Shown here: positions 58,140 to 64,000 of the stretch, piece by piece
How positions within the stretch are numbered: the stretch's first letter is position 1
Layout: each line of letters begins with the position of its first letter
Assembly (NCBI GenBank): GCA_041659685.1
Contig: JBAZXV010000001.1
Coordinates: 24,226 to 88,225, forward strand
DNA: 64,000 nt
Direction: 5' to 3'
From: Parcubacteria group bacterium
GTDB lineage: Bacteria > Patescibacteriota > Minisyncoccia > Moranbacterales > UBA11712
Made by a program: the position numbers and the translations under genes
Notes under the pieces: generated by a model
What the model was told of the DNA's origin: nothing
The model's database searches: none
What the model saw: the letters and a program-made list of their open reading frames with translations, nothing else

Positions 58140-61100
58140 TCAGCTTTCTTCCAAGACGGGAACCAAATACAACCGAAGCTTCTCCAGGGCATTTTTGCGC
58201 AGCTTTGTGAAAGCATGCATTGTAAGTTGCATATCCCGAAGAGCGTCGTCCCATTTTTGGATCTTGCATCCGTTAAATTCATAGAGCCGGGAGATCAGCT
58301 CTTTTTCATCATCGTGCAGGAACAATAATACTGTTTCCGGGTTACTGCCGGGCAGGATATTGATTCCGAGATCTTTTAACAGCTTTACGGGCCATTTGCT
58401 TCTCCGGGCTTTTATTATCCCGGCCAAAACGGGAAAGGCGGCCAGTATGCGTTCTTTTGCGTTATCTGCGAGATGCTGGGCTACCAACGCTCTTTTTCCC
58501 CAACGCTCCCCGATAGTTTTTGGATTTATTTCCCACCTGGAATGAAGAGCCAGGAAACACCTCGCCTGATCCGTGGTTGGAAGACGAAAGCCCCTTCCCT
58601 GAAGAAAAAAATAAGCAATATCTTTCGGGGAAAGTCGTTTGACGCCATTTCCGAGCGTTTGCTGGAGTTTTTCCGTCGAAACGCCTTCCTGGAGCAATGT
58701 TTTAATTGTTGCTGCATCATTGAAGGTTTCCTTGGAAAGTGCCTCGAACCAACGAAGCGCTTCCGGCCATAAACCATGGTAAGACATTTTTACGGAAGAA
58801 ACCTGAAGACGAGAAATGTCGGATTGGCCGTCCGGCAGGTTTCTTCTCAAGAATTCCTCAAGCTTATCCAGGGTTGCTCTCTTTACATCTCTGACCCTCT
58901 GCGGGCGGATTTTCTGGCGAGAGGCGATTTCCTGGGGCTCAAAGAATTCTTCAGAGAAAGAAAGGCGGAAAATTTCCAATTCATGAGGATGGAAATTTCG
59001 AAACGCGTTTGCTATTTGCATGGGATTGCAAAGCAGAGCAATCTTACTTTTCATCCGCTTGAATAGCGCATAAAATAATTCGCTCGTCCAGCATTCCTGG
59101 GCTATAGTCAAGCGTTCGGAATCCAGTTGAAGGAAATTTCCCAGAGCTTCCTCATAGGCTTCGTTTTTCAGGTACGGCTTAACGTTAAGGCCGAGAAATC
59201 CTCTGATAGCCTCGAGAGCATCCCGCTTGGAACTGCATACCGTCTCGCGGACAACGTTTAATCGGCAGCTTGTGTCAATGCCGCATAATTTCTCTTCGTA
59301 AAGAAGCCTCAAATATTCTCCTATGCGCCAACTTCTGCGAAGAGAGTAAAGAGCATAGGCGAGATCTTGAGGACCTCTCAATAAGCATCCGCTTTCCCCG
59401 ATATCCAAAAGAAGCTTTTCTGACCAGATGGAACTGGCCAGATCGGAAGTTTTCCTGCTCGGCGGACCTAGATTTTTCCGTATCTCCTCCCAGACCTGTG
59501 AAAGAGTGCTTTTCTTTGGCAAAAGAGGAATCCCGGAGACGGCGCTGTGTTTTTCTTTGCGGGGTTCCGTCTTGAGAAGATAAGGAATCGGCCTTGTGTC
59601 CTGAGAGCAGCCGAAAAAACTCTTAAATTCTGCCGCTCCCTTTTGGCAGTCAAGATTTTGGAAGAGAAAAGCCTCTACCGCTTGAATAATTTGCCGTCGT
59701 ATATGGGCAAAGAACTCCTCGCTTTTTCCGGAGTACTCACAAACGCCTTTGGTGAGGGCGATATTGCCTTCCCCCGTGAGGTCGAGAAAATCGTCTGCAT
59801 CCATTTCGAAATCGCAACCACTTGATATAATCGCTTCCAACGCGATATTGACAACTGTTGAGAGGTTAGCTTCAATCAGTGCTTCATCTGCCAGAGGATT
59901 TTCCCGAAATTCCAATGCAATTTTTTGTTCTCTTTCGGAAAGAGTTTCGATTGCAAAGATTTTTTCGAGATATTCCCTAAAGGCAGGATTGTCGGCGGAT
60001 GGGTTCAATATTCCGATTACCCGATCAACCTTCGTTTTTGGAAAATACAGATTTTTCTCAACTCGGTTAACGGATTGCGGCGCTTGATGCGCCGGTTGGA
60101 TGCCGGGGATCTTATTTTCACCCAAAACCGAACTCATTATCCCCGCTTTTTTGAAAACATCCAGCACTTTTTTGGACGGATTTTTGTTCAATCCCTGGAG
60201 ATATTCAAGATATGGACGGATTTTTCGAAAAGCGCGCGCTTCAATTTGCCGGATTCTTTCGCGAGTTACCCGCCGCTGGTTCTTGCAGAGAGCAATTACT
60301 TCCGGAACGGCAGCAATTGCGTCCAGGGCTAAGGGAATTGCGCCTTCGAAGCCGCATCGAAACTTAATGACTTGCCAGTCGACGGGACTTCTTTCAAGTG
60401 CAATCCTGCAAATGAGAGCAATTTGCTCTGAATGCATTTTCCCTTCGCAAATTTCAAGCGCTGATTCTTGCGAATTGTCTGTCGTGAAATCTTCCAGACT
60501 GTCCCCGTCGTCTCCGACAGGAGATTCGAGGGATAACGGTTCCTTCATTATCGCCGTTAGTTTCCGCACTTTCTCTACGGAGCATTCCATCTTTTCGGCT
60601 ATCTCGCTCTCAGTAGGTTCTCTGCCAAGATCCCGGGTCAGATAATTGGAAACACCGCGAAGTTTGTTGATAGTCTCGACCATATACGTGGGAATGCGAA
60701 CCGTGCGGGACTGATCGGCGATGGCCCGGGTGATTCTTTGGCGAATCCACCATGAAGCGTAGGTGCTGAACTTGTAGCCGCGTTCATATTCAAATTTTTT
60801 AACGGCTCGCATGAGACCAATAGCGCCTTCTTGGATCAGGTCAATGAGTTGTAATCCGCGGTTGGTATATTTCTTGGCAATACTGACAACCAGGCGCAGA
60901 TTGCGAACTACAAATTCCTTTTCCGTTTCTGCGGGGTCTCCGGGCTCAGATCCACGCATAATGCGGGCAATTTTCCGCTCTTCTTCTCTCGACAGGTTGG
61001 GCGATTTATTTCTCTTCAGGATGCGAAGGAAAATGGCCAAAGGATCATCTGAAGAAGAGGAAGCTTCCTGTTCGTCGTCGCTGATTAGAGATTCCGTTGG

Positions 61101-61199
61101 CGGATGTTCTTCAAGCTCGGCCAGTTCTTTGTCGAGCGGTTCCCTGTCTTCTTGCCCCACGTCAGGGACAAGATCAAAAAACTCGTCTCCCCCGTTCAT
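58140..61199 (-). CDS. rpoD: primary (group 1-like) sigma-70 factor with ~690-aa C-terminal extension containing a second region-4-like HTH
   Basis: RpoD box '[27 protein letters not shown]'; region 2 '[31 protein letters not shown]'; region 4.2 '[20 protein letters not shown]'. Start re-set from GTG (61250) to ATG 'MNGGDEF', preceded by AAGGAG at -7. Second sigma-4-like segment '[41 protein letters not shown]' lies about 430 aa further C-terminal. Confidence 0.8.
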   Translation of the reverse strand: MNGGDEFFDLVPDVGQEDREPLDKELAELEEHPPTESLISDDEQEASSSSDDPLAIFLRILKRNKSPNLSREEERKIARIMRGSEPGDPAETEKEFVVRNLRLVVSIAKKYTNRGLQLIDLIQEGAIGLMRAVKKFEYERGYKFSTYASWWIRQRITRAIADQSRTVRIPTYMVETINKLRGVSNYLTRDLGREPTESEIAEKMECSVEKVRKLTAIMKEPLSLESPVGDDGDSLEDFTTDNSQESALEICEGKMHSEQIALICRIALERSPVDWQVIKFRCGFEGAIPLALDAIAAVPEVIALCKNQRRVTRERIRQIEARAFRKIRPYLEYLQGLNKNPSKKVLDVFKKAGIMSSVLGENKIPGIQPAHQAPQSVNRVEKNLYFPKTKVDRVIGILNPSADNPAFREYLEKIFAIETLSEREQKIALEFRENPLADEALIEANLSTVVNIALEAIISSGCDFEMDADDFLDLTGEGNIALTKGVCEYSGKSEEFFAHIRRQIIQAVEAFLFQNLDCQKGAAEFKSFFGCSQDTRPIPYLLKTEPRKEKHSAVSGIPLLPKKSTLSQVWEEIRKNLGPPSRKTSDLASSIWSEKLLLDIGESGCLLRGPQDLAYALYSLRRSWRIGEYLRLLYEEKLCGIDTSCRLNVVRETVCSSKRDALEAIRGFLGLNVKPYLKNEAYEEALGNFLQLDSERLTIAQECWTSELFYALFKRMKSKIALLCNPMQIANAFRNFHPHELEIFRLSFSEEFFEPQEIASRQKIRPQRVRDVKRATLDKLEEFLRRNLPDGQSDISRLQVSSVKMSYHGLWPEALRWFEALSKETFNDAATIKTLLQEGVSTEKLQQTLGNGVKRLSPKDIAYFFLQGRGFRLPTTDQARCFLALHSRWEINPKTIGERWGKRALVAQHLADNAKERILAAFPVLAGIIKARRSKWPVKLLKDLGINILPGSNPETVLLFLHDDEKELISRLYEFNGCKIQKWDDALRDMQLTMHAFTKLRKNALEKLRLYLVPVLEES

Positions 61200-61241
61200 G
61201 GGTTTCTCCTTTATTTTATTTTTTAAAAGAGCAGAAGAAAA

Positions 61242-61263
61242 AAAGAGCACCCTCCTGCTCTTT
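61242..61263 (-). terminator. hairpin (aaagagca/tgctcttt) plus T7 tract between the upstream GT4 gene and the sigma start; terminator or leader attenuator
   Basis: Minus strand: 'aaagagcaggagggtgctcttt ttttcttctgctctttt', ending about 40 nt before the sigma ATG. Confidence 0.4.
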
Positions 61264-61306
61264 ATTCAGTCTATAATAAAAAGCTTAAAATATCAAATAT
61301 TGCCTT

Positions 61307-62434
61307 TTATATGATGTTTTTATATATAGCGAGAGTTTTTTGCGCCATATTTTGCCACTCGAATTTTTTGGCGGATTCGATGCCGGATTTGATTAATTTT
61401 TCCTTCAAGGATTGGTCGCTTAGTATTTTTGAAATATTTCCCGTGAATTCCCCGCTGCTTTCGGGGTCGCAAAAGAGAGCCGCATCTCCTGATATCTCCC
61501 GAAAAATCGGGATGTCAGAGCAAACTATCGGGGTGCCGGCGGCTATTGCTTCAATAATAGGAATGCCGAATCCCTCGTAAAGGGATGGTAAAACAAAACA
61601 ATCAGCCATTTGAAGCAGGACCGGTTTATCTTTTTCTTCGATCCAACCGGGGAAAATAACTCTTTCTCCAAGATTGTTTTTTGAAACAGTCTCGTCTATT
61701 TTTTTGTCGAAATTATGCGCTTTTCTGTTGCCGGCAATGACCAGTTTTATATTAAGACCCTTAATCGCTTTAATAATAACTGGAATATTTTTTCGCGGCT
61801 GAAGCGTGCCGATATAAAGCAAATAATTTTCCGGAAGGTTATATTTTTTCCTGACGTTTTCTTTTTCTTCGCCGGAAAAATTATGACCGTATTTTTCGGC
61901 CTCAACTCCGTTATAAGCAAAATCCACTTTTGCGGGAGAAATTTTGTAAAAATCGGCGATGCTATTTTTCTCGCTTTCGGAAACAGTGATTACTTTGTCC
62001 GCTCGCCGGATGCTTCTCGGGATTAGTGCTCTAAGGAAAAGCAAATCGGAATATTTTATATATTGAGGAAAATAATTAAACGAAATATCATGAATTGTAA
62101 GCATTAATTTGATGTTTTTTGGCAGCCAAAAAGGAGCAATATACTGAGTATGGAAAATGTTGACCGGATTCTTCTTGAGATAATTCGGAAGCGCCCAAAG
62201 ATTCCACCAAAAACGACTCGGCGAGTTCAGGTAAATTATTTTAAAGTTGGATCCAAGCTTTAACGATTCTATTTCTCTGGCCAGAAGCCTGTCTCTTGCC
62301 GGGTCGCGGTCGATAAAAAGAAGATAATGATTCTCTTTATCAATCCGCGCCAAATATTTAACCAGGTTGAAAAAATAAACCTCGCCCCCGGTCTGTTTTT
62401 TTCCTATTAATCTGATGTCTATTCCTATTCTCAT
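61307..62434 (-). CDS. GT4-family (GT-B) glycosyltransferase
   Basis: 'MRIGIDIRLIGKKQTGG' (typical GT4 start); 'VLPSLYEGFGIPIIEAIAAGTPIVCSDIPIFREISGDAALF' E-x7-E. Confidence 0.8.
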   Translation of the reverse strand: MRIGIDIRLIGKKQTGGEVYFFNLVKYLARIDKENHYLLFIDRDPARDRLLAREIESLKLGSNFKIIYLNSPSRFWWNLWALPNYLKKNPVNIFHTQYIAPFWLPKNIKLMLTIHDISFNYFPQYIKYSDLLFLRALIPRSIRRADKVITVSESEKNSIADFYKISPAKVDFAYNGVEAEKYGHNFSGEEKENVRKKYNLPENYLLYIGTLQPRKNIPVIIKAIKGLNIKLVIAGNRKAHNFDKKIDETVSKNNLGERVIFPGWIEEKDKPVLLQMADCFVLPSLYEGFGIPIIEAIAAGTPIVCSDIPIFREISGDAALFCDPESSGEFTGNISKILSDQSLKEKLIKSGIESAKKFEWQNMAQKTLAIYKNII

Positions 62435-62460
62435 TATATTTTGCCTGTCATGAGTCCGAA

Positions 62461-64000
62461 TTATTTCGAACTGGAGACGACAACTTTCTCAATGCTTATG
62501 ATTAATGCCAGTCCGATCCAGAAAATTCCCATAAAAAGTCCCGCGTTGAATAAATTTGGGACCAACAGGGCCAGAATTCCCAACACCGAAAATAAATAAA
62601 ATGTTTTCCTGGTATCTTCCCTCACGACCGGGCAGCCGATTATTCTATTGAGCGGGCATACGGGCGAAATGCGGCGAAAAGAATAGATGAAAAGAAATCC
62701 AAAAACCGCAATGAAAGCCGCCATTCCTAAGATTCCGCACCCTGCCCAGACCTGAAGAAATATATTGCTTTCATTGAGCCCCGCTCCCCGTTCGTCATCT
62801 CCCAAATTTTGCGTAATGGTCCCGAAACCGACTCCGAGGACGGGATGCGTTTTTATTATCTCCCAGCTTTTTCGGTAAATCATGCCTCGGGTCATTACAT
62901 TCGGGTCCTTTCGGTAAATTTCGACCACGTTTTCCCCTCGCGATTTGAAGGATTCTATATCCTCAAGATTGATATGCTGGCAATTGTGTTTTGCGAGCTC
63001 GTCAATACTGGAGACAACCGGCGGAACATCCGAATCTTTATTGCAGGCAATCGTTATTTTTTGCTCATTGGTCGCTGTCGAGCGGGCGCGATCAAAAATG
63101 TCGAATTTCGAAAGATTCCCGAAGTGAATCGCGGAAAGAGAAATTCCAACTACAACAAGAACTGCCGCGAGATTATTTCTGAAATCTCGTACTGAGAAGG
63201 TTATTTCTGCGCCTGTTTTTCTAAAAAAACTAAGGAGCAGAAAAACAGCCAGCAGCAGCGCGGAGCCAATCCAGGCCGAGCGGGAAAGCGTAAGCACCAA
63301 GAGAGTTATGTCTAAGAAGACGAGCAAGCCGAGTATTGCCAGAAAATAGTTTTTAATAGCCGCCAGCTTTGGCTCTTTGTGCGTTAAGTAGTGGACGCAA
63401 GACAGAAGAACAGCCAGAGCAAAGCAAAGGTATATCCCCAGCCAATCGGGCTCGGCAAAAGTGGAATTAGGCCGCCCGAACATGATTTCAAAAGATTTGG
63501 CGCCGAATTTTTCGGCAAAAACCTGGTAAAATCCGTAAGCATTAACCGCGATATATGAACCGATAAAAAAGAGAGCGGTCTTGATTGCGTCATCCCGGTT
63601 TCTTGTGAAATTGCGAATCAGATAATAAAGAACAATAAAAGAAATTAAGATCAAGTTATTTTTTAAAATCGCGCTCTTGCTGGAAGAAGCGAGCAGCGGA
63701 AGAAAACTGAGAGGCGCCAAAGAAAAAACAAGCCAATCAATCCAACTCGGTTTAAGGAATTGGCAATTTAGTTTTTTGGATGTGCCGAGAATTGCCATAG
63801 CGGCAACCAATATTCCTCCCAGAAACTGATAGGGCCGGATTTGAATCGGTAAAAATCCCGAAGCTAAAATAATATTTTCGAACGGAACAAGGCTTATAAA
63901 AAGGAAAAAAATCCAGCGGGGACGGTAAAGCGCGACAAGAAGTGATAAAAGAGAAATGAAGACAAAATCCCCTGTCTCAAGAGGCAGTCTGCCTTTGTTC
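62461..64000 (-). CDS. O-antigen ligase/polymerase-like (Wzy_C) polytopic membrane protein; reading frame remains open to the window edge (5' end possibly outside)
   Basis: 'ESNIFLQVWAGCGILGMAAFIAV' resembles the Wzy_C 'H-N-x-y-L-e-x-l-x-e-x-G-i-x-G' block; >10 TM. Hand translation of the minus strand from 63811 to 63999 shows no stop. In-window starts are TTG at 63810 or ATG at 63798. Confidence 0.6.
   Translation of the reverse strand, partial: NKGRLPLETGDFVFISLLSLLVALYRPRWIFFLFISLVPFENIILASGFLPIQIRPYQFLGGILVAAMAILGTSKKLNCQFLKPSWIDWLVFSLAPLSFLPLLASSSKSAILKNNLILISFIVLYYLIRNFTRNRDDAIKTALFFIGSYIAVNAYGFYQVFAEKFGAKSFEIMFGRPNSTFAEPDWLGIYLCFALAVLLSCVHYLTHKEPKLAAIKNYFLAILGLLVFLDITLLVLTLSRSAWIGSALLLAVFLLLSFFRKTGAEITFSVRDFRNNLAAVLVVVGISLSAIHFGNLSKFDIFDRARSTATNEQKITIACNKDSDVPPVVSSIDELAKHNCQHINLEDIESFKSRGENVVEIYRKDPNVMTRGMIYRKSWEIIKTHPVLGVGFGTITQNLGDDERGAGLNESNIFLQVWAGCGILGMAAFIAVFGFLFIYSFRRISPVCPLNRIIGCPVVREDTRKTFYLFSVLGILALLVPNLFNAGLFMGIFWIGLALIISIEKVVVSSSK

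Noticed and set aside
58140-61250. GTG start of the sigma ORF as given in the track
   Set aside because: An ATG 17 codons downstream has a perfect AAGGAG 7 nt upstream. The GTG version would also place the start inside the terminator hairpin.
1-64000. CRISPR arrays or mobile elements
   Set aside because: I found no regularly spaced direct repeats, transposase, integrase or terminal inverted repeats. The only direct repeats are in-frame codon repeats (5536-5690) and the gene duplication at 35381-38815.

Overview
This is an AT-rich, gene-dense bacterial window. Most starts are tight or overlap the previous stop, and several use TTG or GTG. The ORF track starts sigma at a GTG; an ATG 17 codons in has a perfect AAGGAG Shine-Dalgarno and is the likelier start.

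Glycan-assembly genes dominate the window. There are about 25 glycosyltransferases from families GT2, GT4, GT26 and GT-C. There are four GT2 polyprenol-phosphate-sugar synthases of the ArnC/GtrB/Dpm1 type and at least five ArnT/PMT-like GT-C membrane transferases, two of them tandem paralogs.

Sugar-modifying and accessory genes include:
- a UDP-galactopyranose-mutase-like flavoenzyme and a GtrA-like membrane protein;
- three NAD-dependent epimerases;
- an aminosugar module (DegT aminotransferase, WbqC-like, GNAT, pyruvyl transferase);
- an LCP family protein;
- a Wzy_C/O-antigen-ligase-like protein.

Two giant fusion enzymes stand out. One is a SAM methyltransferase, coiled coil and two GT2 domains (991 aa). 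The other is a GT4-GT2-GT4 (1045 aa).

The remaining genes are housekeeping or one-offs:
- gltX, rpmA, pyrG, rplI, ctpA, nifS/iscU;
- a NUDIX hydrolase, a LigT-like 2H phosphoesterase, a Cas4-like PD-(D/E)XK nuclease;
- an orphan histidine kinase;
- a Ser/Thr-rich surface protein with calcium-binding-like repeats.

The most unusual item is a primary-sigma (RpoD-box) gene of about 1019 aa. It has a complete sigma-70 core in the first ~345 residues of the ORF-track translation. A ~690-residue C-terminal extension follows that appears to carry a second region-4-like HTH.

Also notable:
- the methyltransferase/coiled-coil/GT fusion, a possible WbdD/WbbB-style chain-length ruler;
- a three-gene insert (small Cys-rich protein, unknown protein, CYTH domain) inside the GT array;
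- a near-consensus promoter positioned for a leaderless ligT transcript;
- several clean rho-independent terminators.

I saw no rRNA, tRNA, CRISPR array or transposase. The organism is probably an uncultivated, small-genome bacterium of the Patescibacteria/CPR kind, but that is inference from gene content and AT-richness only.
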